From sequence record SRR31156797_5325: a stretch of DNA of 64,000 bases. One strand, written 5' to 3'. Position 1 is the first letter of the stretch. Each line of letters starts with the position of its first letter. The position numbers were made by a program, and so were the translations under genes. This document shows, piece by piece, positions 1 to 9,312 of the stretch. The notes below the pieces were generated by a model that saw only the letters and a list, made by a program, of their open reading frames with translations, searched no databases and was not told the DNA's origin.

Positions 1-1278
1 CCATGAGTTCAGTTCGCGCTCAAGATCTTGTCTCTCTTTCCAAGCACCAATTTGCTCGCGCTGCAGTACTTTTACATAGTGAGCTAAGCGGTTGATGATC
101 ATCATGTACGGCAACTGTGTGCCCAGCTTGTAGTTAGTTTCCGCTTCTTTACCTTCTTTGGTATTCGGGAACACTTTCGCTTTTTGGATCGAGTTTGCCG
201 AGAAGAATGCTGCGTTATCACTGCCTTTACGCATAGTAAGCGCAATGAAGCCTTCTTCAGCTAATTCAAACTCTTTACGATCGGTGATCAACACTTCTGT
301 CGGGATCTTGCTCTGCAGTGCACCCATCGATTCAAACAGATGCACAGGTAAATCTTCTACCGCACCGCCACTTTGAGGACCGATGATATTCGGACACCAA
401 CGGTATTTAGCAAAGCTGTCCGTCAACCTCGTCGCAAATGCAAAAGCTGTGTTGCCCCACAAGTAGTGCTCGTGTGATTCTTTTACATTCTCACTGTAAT
501 TGAATGATTTGATCGGGTTGTCGACTGAATCGTAAGGTACTCGTAATAGGAAACGAGGCGCAGTCAAACCTAAGTATCGTGCATCTTCAGACTCTCTTAG
601 AGAGCGCCATTTTGTATATTTCGGACTCTCAAAAATCGCCTTAATGTCTTTGATATTTGGCAGTTCTTCAAACGAAGAAATGCCAAAGAACTCAGGTCCT
701 ACACTTGAGATAACCGGCGCATGAGACATCGCACCCAATGATCCTAAATATTGCAGCAACTTCATATCTGGAGTGGAAGGCGTAAAGGTAAAGTTACCGA
801 TAATCGCCCCTGTTGGTTCACCACCAAACTGGCCATAACCGGCTGAATATACATGCTTGTATAAACCTGACTGGGTGGTTTCTGGAGCGAACTCGAAATC
901 TTCCAGTAACTCGTCCTTCGTTACATGAAGCAGTTCAACTTTGTTGTTCTCTCTAAAATCAGTTCTATCAACAAAAAGTTTTAAACCTCGCCATGACGAT
1001 TCCATCTGTTGAAACTTCTGGTCATGTAAGATTTCATCAACTTGCGAGCTGATCTTTTTGTCCAGTTCAACCAGCATCTTATCAACTAAAGCCTTGTTGA
1101 CTGGTTCTGATTCTTGATTAGAGCTAATAAGGTTTTCGATAAAAGCGGCGATGCCCTTTTTCGCAACATCATAGCTTTCTTCATTAGGAGCGATGCGAGT
1201 TTGCGCCATCACTTCATCGAGTAGCCCTGTGGCTGCTACCGTATTACTTTGTTCTGATATGGTTTCCGTCGTTGACAT
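1..1278 (-). CDS. tssC: T6SS contractile sheath large subunit (VipB/TssC), runs off the window's left edge
   Basis: Missing from the ORF track because it is truncated. My translation from ATG 1278 gives MSTTETISEQ...LLDEVMAQTRIAPNEESYDVAKKGIAAFI..., with later TssC-type motifs (SWRGLKLFVDRTDF, YGQFGGEP, YLWGN). Lies directly downstream of tssB. Confidence 0.95.
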   Translation of the reverse strand, partial: MSTTETISEQSNTVAATGLLDEVMAQTRIAPNEESYDVAKKGIAAFIENLISSNQESEPVNKALVDKMLVELDKKISSQVDEILHDQKFQQMESSWRGLKLFVDRTDFRENNKVELLHVTKDELLEDFEFAPETTQSGLYKHVYSAGYGQFGGEPTGAIIGNFTFTPSTPDMKLLQYLGSLGAMSHAPVISSVGPEFFGISSFEELPNIKDIKAIFESPKYTKWRSLRESEDARYLGLTAPRFLLRVPYDSVDNPIKSFNYSENVKESHEHYLWGNTAFAFATRLTDSFAKYRWCPNIIGPQSGGAVEDLPVHLFESMGALQSKIPTEVLITDRKEFELAEEGFIALTMRKGSDNAAFFSANSIQKAKVFPNTKEGKEAETNYKLGTQLPYMMIINRLAHYVKVLQREQIGAWKERQDLERELNSW

Positions 1279-1319
1279 TGAATGCTTATCCTAAGATAGA
1301 TGTGACAAATGTATAAAGT

Positions 1320-1832
1320 CTATTTTTCAGATTCGGTTTCTGACCCACTAACAAGATCCAGCTCTGATAGGAGCTGGTCGCGAGACTGTTCAGAATTAAT
1401 CAAGTCTTGCAGACGATCGCGAAACGCTGGGATATTTCCTAATGGGCCTTTCAATGCAACTAAGGCTTCTCGAAGTTCAATCAGTTTTTGTAATTCAGGA
1501 ACCTGAGTAACGATAGCGTCGGGTGAAAAATCTTCTAATGATTTAAACGAAAGTTCTACTGGTAGTTCAGCGCTATCGTCATCATCGGTTAACTTGTTTG
1601 CTACAGTTGCAGATAACTTCAATTCGCTTTCACGCATGACCGATTGAAAATTATTCTTATCAACAGAGACTGTACTTCTTTCCTCGATAGGAGAATCTTC
1701 CGCATGCCCTTTGAAATCACCGATAACTAGAGTTTTTAAAGGTAATTCGACTTCTGCTTGAGAATCACCAGTTGCGGGGATGTATTTAATATTAATGCGC
1801 TCTTTAGGAGCGACACTTCCTTCCTTTGCCAT
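1320..1832 (-). CDS. tssB: T6SS contractile sheath small subunit (VipA/TssB)
   Basis: MAKEGSVAPKERINIKY...ELPLKTLVIGDF...FSPDAIVTQVPEL is the VipA signature. Confidence 0.96.
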   Translation of the reverse strand: MAKEGSVAPKERINIKYIPATGDSQAEVELPLKTLVIGDFKGHAEDSPIEERSTVSVDKNNFQSVMRESELKLSATVANKLTDDDDSAELPVELSFKSLEDFSPDAIVTQVPELQKLIELREALVALKGPLGNIPAFRDRLQDLINSEQSRDQLLSELDLVSGSETESEK

Positions 1833-2063
1833 AAAGAATCACCAAGCCTATAAATTATTATTGATTTCAGGTAACTAATATCAATAATTGGTATTAGTTA
1901 TAATTTGAAAACTTTCCTATTAGATGTACTAATTAAATTAGATGTGGACTGACCAAACGAGCAACTTACAAATATAAGGTTGCATCAAGTCAGCTTAAAA
2001 ATGGTAACAATTAAATAATAAAATTTTAATTAACTCTCAAAAATACATTCGTAAATAATACGT

Positions 2064-3071
2064 TTAAAACTCCCAATACAAATCATAGTTATAAAAACTA
2101 GTTTCTTTTAATTTCTTCTCTAGTAATAAAGATTTAGATATTTGCTCCTCCGTCATAGTACTAACGACGTAGAAATAACTATCTTCAACTTTTTTATATA
2201 AAGAAGAGAATTGATTATTGCCAGCACTTTCTAAATATAGACTTAAATAAGCTTTGGCTAAAATATCATCTTCAATGACGAAATTATAATCACTGATTGT
2301 TAATCCCGAATAAATTAATCCCAAAGAAGCTAAAGAAGTAATGTCACCTTGTTGCAACGCTTTGTTTCTCCACTCAAACGCAGATTCAAACTTTCCTTGA
2401 CCTTCTAGTATCTGTATATACTTTCTAATTGCTGGTATGTATCCAAGCTCAGCAGCCTTTAAGTATTCCATTCTCACTGAAGTTTCTCGCTCGCCGGGAA
2501 CATAATAACTGCCGCTACCTTCTGCTAATGCTTCGGCCTGCTCCATGTACGCTGGGGCATAATCCATTTGCATAGCCTTACCTAAGTAATACTTAGAAAG
2601 GTCTGGCTCCATAGTCTCAAAGTACTTAGCTAACTCATAAAATGCAGTGTCAGGCTCTTCCTTACCTAAGGTAATCACCGCGTTATAGTATTTAACTCGC
2701 CACTGCTTTTTTTGATTCGCTGTTAACCAATCACCTGACTCATACAAATGTTTCATTGCATGTCTATTCCCATCATGAGCCGCTTGTAAAACTAACTGAC
2801 GACTATCTTCAATAGTCCGCAAGCTGCGATTAGAGTTGATTATGACGATGGAATATAAATAGGCTGCATCACTGTTCCCCTCATGAGAGGAGTAACGTAA
2901 ATATTGCAAAGACTCTCTATTTTTGAATTGTGCTCTCAACAACTTTCCCTTTTGATATGCCTCTTCGGCACTCAAGTTTTTAAGGTCGTAGCTATCATCA
3001 GCACTATAAGAATGATGAGAAATAACGATGAGGAGCAATGAAATAGCTCTCAACTTAGCCAACATTGACAC
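2064..3071 (-). CDS. Exported Sel1-like/TPR repeat protein, possibly a T6SS immunity or accessory protein
   Basis: N-terminal signal peptide; repeated A-x-x-G...A helical motifs (YLKAAELGYIPA, KALQQGDITSLASLG); AT-rich; overlaps the PAAR stop by 17 nt. Confidence 0.7.
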   Translation of the reverse strand: MSMLAKLRAISLLLIVISHHSYSADDSYDLKNLSAEEAYQKGKLLRAQFKNRESLQYLRYSSHEGNSDAAYLYSIVIINSNRSLRTIEDSRQLVLQAAHDGNRHAMKHLYESGDWLTANQKKQWRVKYYNAVITLGKEEPDTAFYELAKYFETMEPDLSKYYLGKAMQMDYAPAYMEQAEALAEGSGSYYVPGERETSVRMEYLKAAELGYIPAIRKYIQILEGQGKFESAFEWRNKALQQGDITSLASLGLIYSGLTISDYNFVIEDDILAKAYLSLYLESAGNNQFSSLYKKVEDSYFYVVSTMTEEQISKSLLLEKKLKETSFYNYDLYWEF

Positions 3072-3339
3072 TGCTTGCTCCTACTAAAACACCACCACAA
3101 TCCACCGCATCTCCAGAGCGAGCGGCAGGTTTACCATCAATCATTACCGTCGATGAACCACCAGCGATACTTCTGGGATGGGGTGGATGTTTAGGTTTAC
3201 TGTGAGCGGCTAATGCGTCACCTTGACGCGCTGAGGGGCTCCCATCAACCAAAACCGTTGATGAGCCAGAAATGACAGCGGTAGGAGGAAAACCATCATG
3301 GTCGGTTCCAATATCGCCAACGACTATTGCTTTAGCCAC
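3055..3339 (-). CDS. T6SS PAAR spike-tip protein (94 aa)
   Basis: PSAR and PAAR motifs; His/Cys Zn-ligand-type residues (DHDG, HPPH, DCG). Start moved to GTG 3339, which has an AGGGA RBS. Confidence 0.93.
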   Translation of the reverse strand: MAKAIVVGDIGTDHDGFPPTAVISGSSTVLVDGSPSARQGDALAAHSKPKHPPHPRSIAGGSSTVMIDGKPAARSGDAVDCGGVLVGASSVNVG

Positions 3340-3378
3340 AATCACTATCCCTAAGTAAATTAAACGTGACCATGGGAT

Positions 3379-3396
3379 AAGCAAATAGCATTCCTA
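3379..3396 (-). promoter_or_regulatory. Putative sigma54 (-24/-12) promoter of the PAAR/T6SS operon
   Basis: Minus strand reads TAGGAATGCTATTTGCTT, i.e. GG-N10-GC with TTGC at -12, about 40 bp upstream of the PAAR start. Confidence 0.6.
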
Positions 3397-3421
3397 TTTT
3401 TTACGCAATAAATTGAATAAT

Positions 3422-3492
3422 TTATTGCCCATAAATGCAAATTATTGCCCAGAACAAGTAAATTATTGCCGTTAAATGCAATTAACTGCCCA
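3422..3492. repeat. Phased direct repeats (TTATTGCCC-like, 4 copies) upstream of the T6SS promoter
   Basis: TGCC cores spaced 20, 21 and 20 bp; a 30-bp unit at 3422 and 3463 is 25/30 identical. Confidence 0.75.
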
Positions 3493-4250
3493 AATAAAAT
3501 ATAACGTCAGAGAAATATCAGAAAAGTAAATTTAATTACAATTTTAAAATATAGCACTCTATATAATTTTGTCAAAATAAAATATGTAATAACAAATCAT
3601 GTGGTTATTTTAACAAAATAATCATTTAATAAGGGTTGATACTATTGATACATTTAATTTCTGTAAGATAAACATCATAAATTCAAGCGTAAAACCTAAA
3701 TAATGCATAACACACAAACGGAAGAACTGGAAAATTAATGAGAGTATTCATAATAAAAAAGAAACAGGTCAAAAAACCAAACCTTACCTGACGATTGTTG
3801 ATTAGAATTTGAACATTGAGTCAAAGCCCAAGCACGCTTAAATCCAAGATAGCTACCACTTCGGAGTCGCGCACTCAGATCGCGACTTTCTCTCAACCTT
3901 CATTCCCTCCTCATCTTTGCATTCTCAGCGTCTCTAGCCCCCACCCTAGTAGTAACCTCGTGAACAAACCGTTACCAAATCGTTACACTGACAACAAAAA
4001 ATTGCGATCTCAGGCCGTTCACTTTTTATCTATTTTCCCTATACTCAATAGCAGTAACCACATTTTTATTACCGTTATTCTTGCAAGTGTTTATAGCAAT
4101 GCTAACCGGAAAAAGTTTGCAAGACCTCTCGATGAGTGAATCAGAGTAAAACGGATAGTTGAACAACATAACAACCAGAAAAGTAACCGAAGATCTGTAG
4201 AGCACCTTCTTTAAGCAGATCTTTTTCCCTATGGGGTTAATGAGGTAAAT

Positions 4251-7200
4251 ATGAATGTGGTTATTAACGGTGCTTCCTATGCCTATCAGGCGGGAACCAC
4301 TGTATTCGAGTTTCTAAAATCTGAAGGGATAGATGTCCCTAGCCTATGCGCTCAAAGCCATCAGCAGAACAAACAACCTTGCGGACTGTGTGTTGTTGAA
4401 ATCGATGGTTTAGGTGTCGTGCGTGCATGTGAACAAGCACTCACACCGAACATGTCAATCCAAACTCATACCGAACAGTTGTATCAGCGTCGTCATCAAG
4501 CACTTAAACGCATATTGTCTGATCACAATGCGGACTGTGAAGCACCTTGCCAAATTGCATGTCCGGCGCATGTCGATATCCAAACTTACCTCCATCACAT
4601 TGCCGAAGGTGAACCACAACAAGCCGTGGAAGTGATTAAAAAGCACCTTCCTCTTCCTGCTTCTATAGGCCGGGTGTGCCCAGCCTTCTGTGAAACGGAA
4701 TGTCGACGTAGTGTGGTTGACGAACCCATTGCTATTCGTCATTTAAAACGTCATGCGGCAGATATCGATTTAGCATCCACTCCTTATCAAGCAACGAAAC
4801 GTCCAGCCAATGGTAAAAAAGTGGCCATTGTGGGGGCTGGCCCTGGAGGGCTAGCTTGCGGTTACTATCTGAGTTTGATCGGCTTTGCCGCGACCGTCTA
4901 TGAAGAAATGCCAAAAGCCGGCGGATGGTTGCAATATGGTATTCCTGAATATCGCCTTCCTAAAGATGTGCTTGATAAAGAGATCGAACTCCTCACTCAC
5001 AGTGGAATGCAAATTCATTGTAATCAGAAGATCGGTGAACACTACACACTTCATCAATTGGAGCACGACTACGATGCGGTATGTCTCGCTATTGGTGCAA
5101 GCATGGCCGTGAGTTCGGACTACCCTGGCAGTAATCTTAAAGGCTGTTATCTTGGTGTTGATTATCTAAAAGACGCCGCAACAGATCGCAATTGCGTAAC
5201 CGGTAAACACGTGGCCATTATCGGAGGCGGTAATACGGCTATTGATTGTGCACGTACTGCGTTACGTTTAGGCGCGCAAGTCACATTAATTTATCGTCGA
5301 ACCATGGCAGAGATGCCGGCAGAAGAGTATGAAATTGAGGAAGCGCAAAACGAAGGCGTTAAATTCAAGTTTCTCGTCAACCCAATAGAAAACCTTGCAG
5401 ATAGCGATGGTCGGGTCCGCGCGGTTAAACTAGAAAAAATGATGTTAGGCAAACCGGATACTTCAGGTCGCAGACAACCCATTCCCACCGGTGAAATTGT
5501 CGAACTGCAATTTGATACCGTTATCTCCGCACTTTCCCAGAGGTCCGATACCGTTGTCATTGCTGGCGCAGATTTACCACTGACTCGTCGTGGAACAGCT
5601 GATGTCACCGAAGACTCACTCCATCACGCTAGAAATATCTTCTCGATTGGTGATTTCCGTCGAGGCCCGGCCACGGCTATCGAAGCCATCGCTGATGGCA
5701 AACGAGCCGCTGAAGCGATCGCTCAGAAACTGTTACTCGGCACTATTGAAGCTAAACCGTATCAGTTCACTAGCCGCAAAGAGCCTTCTATCAGCCGAGT
5801 TAAGCAAGTGGAATACCGTTTGGAAGCGGTTAAACGTCGGATGAAGCTGCCGCATTTAGACGAATCCGAATCAACCACCAGCTTTAAAGAAGTTGAAATG
5901 GATGGAGGTATTACCGCTTCGATGAAAGAGGCACAGCGTTGTCTCGAGTGCGGTTGCCAAGAGAACACCCAGTGCCAACTGCGTGATTACGCCTCAGAAT
6001 TTAAAGTTAAAACAGAAGAAGTTGAAACATCGAACAAACACCGCTTCGCGGTAGATAAAAGCAGTGAGTTTATTGTGTTTGACGCGAACCGCTGTATTAG
6101 CTGCGGTTTATGTGTACAAACCTGTCAGGAAGAAACCCAGCACGGCGTACTCCAATTTACTCATGGATCACTGCGTCCTAACTTTGCCAATAGCCAGTCG
6201 ATGCAAGGTTCGAACTGCGTACAATGTGGTGCTTGTGTGCAAGTCTGCCCAACCGGTGCTTTGGCTGACAAAAGGGATAAATCATACTCTCGAGTGGAAG
6301 TACTCAAACCAGTAAAAACCGTTTGTACCTACTGCGGTGTCGGGTGTAGCGTTGTCATGTATGTGGATGAATCCGCCAACAAAGTCCGCTATGTTGAAGG
6401 CGATAAAAACTCTCCCGTAAACCAAGGTATGTTGTGTGTTAAAGGCCGTTTCGGTTTTGATTTCATTCATAGTCCAGAACGACTCACTCACCCCTTGGTT
6501 CGCCAAAATGGCCAGCTTGTTCCCACTTCATGGGAGAATGCGATTGAAGTCATTGCCCAACGATTCACCGCGATCAAACAACAACACGGTAGTCATGCTT
6601 TAGGTGGTTTTTCATCGGCAAAAACCACCAACCAAGATAACTACGTATTCCAGAAATTGATTCGTCGAGAATTTGGAACCAATAACGTCGACCACTGTGC
6701 TCGTTTATGTCACGCTTCAACTGTGACTGGTCTTGAAGCTTCGATTGGTAGTGGCGCAATGACCAATGACATCGCCAGTATCCAACATTCAGATGTGATA
6801 TTCGTCATTGGTTCTGATACCACCTCTGCTCACCCAATCATTGCTTCACACCTAAAACAAGCTGTGCAAAAAGGGGCTCGCCTTATCGTTGCTGACCCCA
6901 AACGCATTGGTATGGCCGATGTTGCGACACTGCATGTTCAACAGCGCCCGGGAACGGACGTCATGTTACTTAACGGTATCATGCACCAAATCATCCAAAA
7001 CAACTGGTACGATGAAGCCTACATTCGTGAACGTGTTGATGGTTTCGATGAATTAGTCATGGAAGTCATGTCAGACGCTTATCAAGCTGAAAAAGTAGAG
7101 CTCGTTTCAGGCGTGAAAGCGGAAGAGATCAAGCAAATCGCGCAGATGATAGGAACAGCAAAAGTCACAGCGGTTTACTACGCCATGGGCATTACCCAGC

Positions 7201-8393
7201 ATACCACTGGGCATGATAATGTCCGCTCGATTGCCAACTTGCAAATGCTGTGCGGCAACATCGGTGTTGAAGGTGGCGGTATTAACCCACTGCGTGGTCA
7301 GTCAAATGTTCAGGGAGCGTGCGACATGGGCGCCCTGCCGACAGACTATCCGGGCTATCAAAAAGTACGCAATCCATTAGTGCAAACCAAGTTTGCCAAA
7401 GCTTGGCAAGCAGAGCACCTCTCTACAGAAATTGGGTTAACCCTGACAGAGATGATTGATGCGGCACATCGCAAAGAGCTTCGCGGACTCTATGTGATGG
7501 GCGAGAACCCAGTGCTTAGCGACCCAAACCAAGCCCATGTCATAGAAGCGCTCAAAGCACTCGACTTCCTGGTAGTCCAAGATATCTTCTTATCGGAAAC
7601 TGCCGAGTTTGCCGATGTGGTGCTGCCTTCCGCTTCATTTGCAGAGAAACAAGGTCACTTCACCAACACCGAAAGACGCGTTCAAGCACTTACACCAGCG
7701 ATTACCTCTCCCGGCGAATCAAAGGATGACTGGTGGATCATCACTCAAATAGCCAATGCGATGGGGGGCAACTGGCACTACCAAAACGTTGAACAAATTA
7801 ACGCAGAGATGTGCGAAGTCACTCCGCAATACGCTGGTATTACCTGGGAGAAAGTCACAAGCGATGGTGTTCAATGGCCTTGCAATGAGCAAGCACCTAA
7901 CGGCACCCGAATCATGCACCAAACGACCTTTAAGCGCGGTCGTGGGGAAATGGTGGCTGTACCTTTCATTTATGCTGCAGAAATGCCGGACGAAGAATAT
8001 CCGTTGATATTGACCACGGGTCGATTATTGGAGCAATTCCACACTGGCACAATGACGCGCAAAACCAAAGGTCTCGATAAGCTTGCAGGACCTAGGATTA
8101 TGATCAGCGTGGAAGACGCAGAAAAACTGGCAATCAAAAACAGTGAGATGGTTCGACTGCACTCCCGTCGAGGCACCATAGAAGCGCCAGCTTTTGTCAC
8201 CAAACGAATGCAGGCAGGCGTAGTATTTGTGCCATTCCATTTCGCAGAAGCACCAGCAAACCGACTCACCTCAGAAGCTCGAGATCCTTATGCGAAAATC
8301 CCTGAGTTCAAAGTCTCAGCGGTTAGGCTCGAAAAAGTGCAAGCCACAACCAAGAAAAAATCGCACAAAATTAAGATCACAGCGATTAAGTAA
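4251..8393 (+). CDS. fdhF: Formate dehydrogenase alpha subunit (Cys-type Mo/W-bisPGD) fused with 2Fe-2S, GltD-like FAD/NAD(P) oxidoreductase and 2x4Fe-4S domains
   Basis: GAGPGG and GGGNTAID...YRR Rossmann motifs; CISCGLC and CVQCGAC ferredoxin motifs; CTYCGVGC...LCVKG; HCARLCH active site; PLRGQSNVQG. Confidence 0.92.
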   Translation: MNVVINGASYAYQAGTTVFEFLKSEGIDVPSLCAQSHQQNKQPCGLCVVEIDGLGVVRACEQALTPNMSIQTHTEQLYQRRHQALKRILSDHNADCEAPCQIACPAHVDIQTYLHHIAEGEPQQAVEVIKKHLPLPASIGRVCPAFCETECRRSVVDEPIAIRHLKRHAADIDLASTPYQATKRPANGKKVAIVGAGPGGLACGYYLSLIGFAATVYEEMPKAGGWLQYGIPEYRLPKDVLDKEIELLTHSGMQIHCNQKIGEHYTLHQLEHDYDAVCLAIGASMAVSSDYPGSNLKGCYLGVDYLKDAATDRNCVTGKHVAIIGGGNTAIDCARTALRLGAQVTLIYRRTMAEMPAEEYEIEEAQNEGVKFKFLVNPIENLADSDGRVRAVKLEKMMLGKPDTSGRRQPIPTGEIVELQFDTVISALSQRSDTVVIAGADLPLTRRGTADVTEDSLHHARNIFSIGDFRRGPATAIEAIADGKRAAEAIAQKLLLGTIEAKPYQFTSRKEPSISRVKQVEYRLEAVKRRMKLPHLDESESTTSFKEVEMDGGITASMKEAQRCLECGCQENTQCQLRDYASEFKVKTEEVETSNKHRFAVDKSSEFIVFDANRCISCGLCVQTCQEETQHGVLQFTHGSLRPNFANSQSMQGSNCVQCGACVQVCPTGALADKRDKSYSRVEVLKPVKTVCTYCGVGCSVVMYVDESANKVRYVEGDKNSPVNQGMLCVKGRFGFDFIHSPERLTHPLVRQNGQLVPTSWENAIEVIAQRFTAIKQQHGSHALGGFSSAKTTNQDNYVFQKLIRREFGTNNVDHCARLCHASTVTGLEASIGSGAMTNDIASIQHSDVIFVIGSDTTSAHPIIASHLKQAVQKGARLIVADPKRIGMADVATLHVQQRPGTDVMLLNGIMHQIIQNNWYDEAYIRERVDGFDELVMEVMSDAYQAEKVELVSGVKAEEIKQIAQMIGTAKVTAVYYAMGITQHTTGHDNVRSIANLQMLCGNIGVEGGGINPLRGQSNVQGACDMGALPTDYPGYQKVRNPLVQTKFAKAWQAEHLSTEIGLTLTEMIDAAHRKELRGLYVMGENPVLSDPNQAHVIEALKALDFLVVQDIFLSETAEFADVVLPSASFAEKQGHFTNTERRVQALTPAITSPGESKDDWWIITQIANAMGGNWHYQNVEQINAEMCEVTPQYAGITWEKVTSDGVQWPCNEQAPNGTRIMHQTTFKRGRGEMVAVPFIYAAEMPDEEYPLILTTGRLLEQFHTGTMTRKTKGLDKLAGPRIMISVEDAEKLAIKNSEMVRLHSRRGTIEAPAFVTKRMQAGVVFVPFHFAEAPANRLTSEARDPYAKIPEFKVSAVRLEKVQATTKKKSHKIKITAIK

Positions 8394-8410
8394 CCGTTGC
8401 CAATAAACAT

Positions 8411-8437
8411 AAAAACCACTCGTGAGAGTGGTTTTTT
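8411..8437. terminator. Bidirectional intrinsic terminator
   Basis: AAAAACCACTC-GTGA-GAGTGGTTTTT between convergent genes. Confidence 0.85.
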
Positions 8438-8470
8438 ATTGAGCCTGTACTTTTTGTTGATGACAAATAA

Positions 8471-9307
8471 CTAAGCCGCATGGAAAACATCCGGCGAGAG
8501 TGCGCAAAGCTCATCCACAATTGCTTTTGTTTGCTTGGAATAAATCAGTTTGTCTTTAGCGCCCACTAACTGCACTAGCTTAACTTTCTTTGATAGCACC
8601 ACTTGTCTCAGTACCCGCATCACCATCTGATTATCTAACACACCTTCATCACCGAGTCCTGAGCTTGGAACGATAGAGGCCAAATCAATATTAAGTACAA
8701 GTTGATCGCAGTGATCAATGTAATGACTTAGCTGATTTTTCAACTGACTGCGATGACGGAAACTGCATTCTTCAGCAACCAACCAATCGCACCCAAGGTC
8801 TTCAGCATAATCCGCCATTTGCGTTGGAGTATTCACTGGATCAACCCCAATAAAAAATGCTCGAACATTAGAAAACCGAGACAGAAGGAAGTGAAAAACG
8901 GAACCCTGCGTCACCGCTAACGACCGCTTCAGTTCAAAGCTATGTCCAATATGAATAACACCGATATCTTCATTATCTAGCGCTAATATCGGCATTGCTT
9001 TCAGCAATGTTTCATGGCTGTTAGCCAACACAACAGGAACCGAACACAAAGTAAATAGGCGTGTTAACAGCTCTTCATAACGAGATTCATCGCTATCTGA
9101 AACCACGAAATGCCCGCCATCACTATAGCTAGAACTGGTTTGCCCTTTGTACAACCACTCAGAAGAGAGCTCTAAACTCTGTTGAGACAATTCAAACTCT
9201 ACCTGGGTCATTGGCTGTACGCGTTCACTTACAGTGAGAAAGGTAAACGGCGAAATCGAGTGCGTCACACTGCGATTAAAACGGTAGCGTTTGAATAAGC
9301 TAAACAT
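8471..9307 (-). CDS. Arginase/ureohydrolase-fold (formimidoylglutamase-like) protein with degenerate metal sites
   Basis: Fold-like motifs (VVLANSHET, IGVIHIGHSFEL, LVLNIDL) align with the GGGH, DAHxD and DxD regions but lack key Asp residues. Confidence 0.65.
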   Translation of the reverse strand: MFSLFKRYRFNRSVTHSISPFTFLTVSERVQPMTQVEFELSQQSLELSSEWLYKGQTSSSYSDGGHFVVSDSDESRYEELLTRLFTLCSVPVVLANSHETLLKAMPILALDNEDIGVIHIGHSFELKRSLAVTQGSVFHFLLSRFSNVRAFFIGVDPVNTPTQMADYAEDLGCDWLVAEECSFRHRSQLKNQLSHYIDHCDQLVLNIDLASIVPSSGLGDEGVLDNQMVMRVLRQVVLSKKVKLVQLVGAKDKLIYSKQTKAIVDELCALSPDVFHAA

Positions 9308-9312
9308 GATGG

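Noticed and set aside
3422-3492. Repeats as a CRISPR array or iterons
   Set aside because: Units are short and degenerate with no unique spacers, and there is no cas or rep gene nearby
3816-4139. 107-aa ORF upstream of fdh
   Set aside because: TTG start, no RBS, no recognisable motifs; overlaps the probable promoter region
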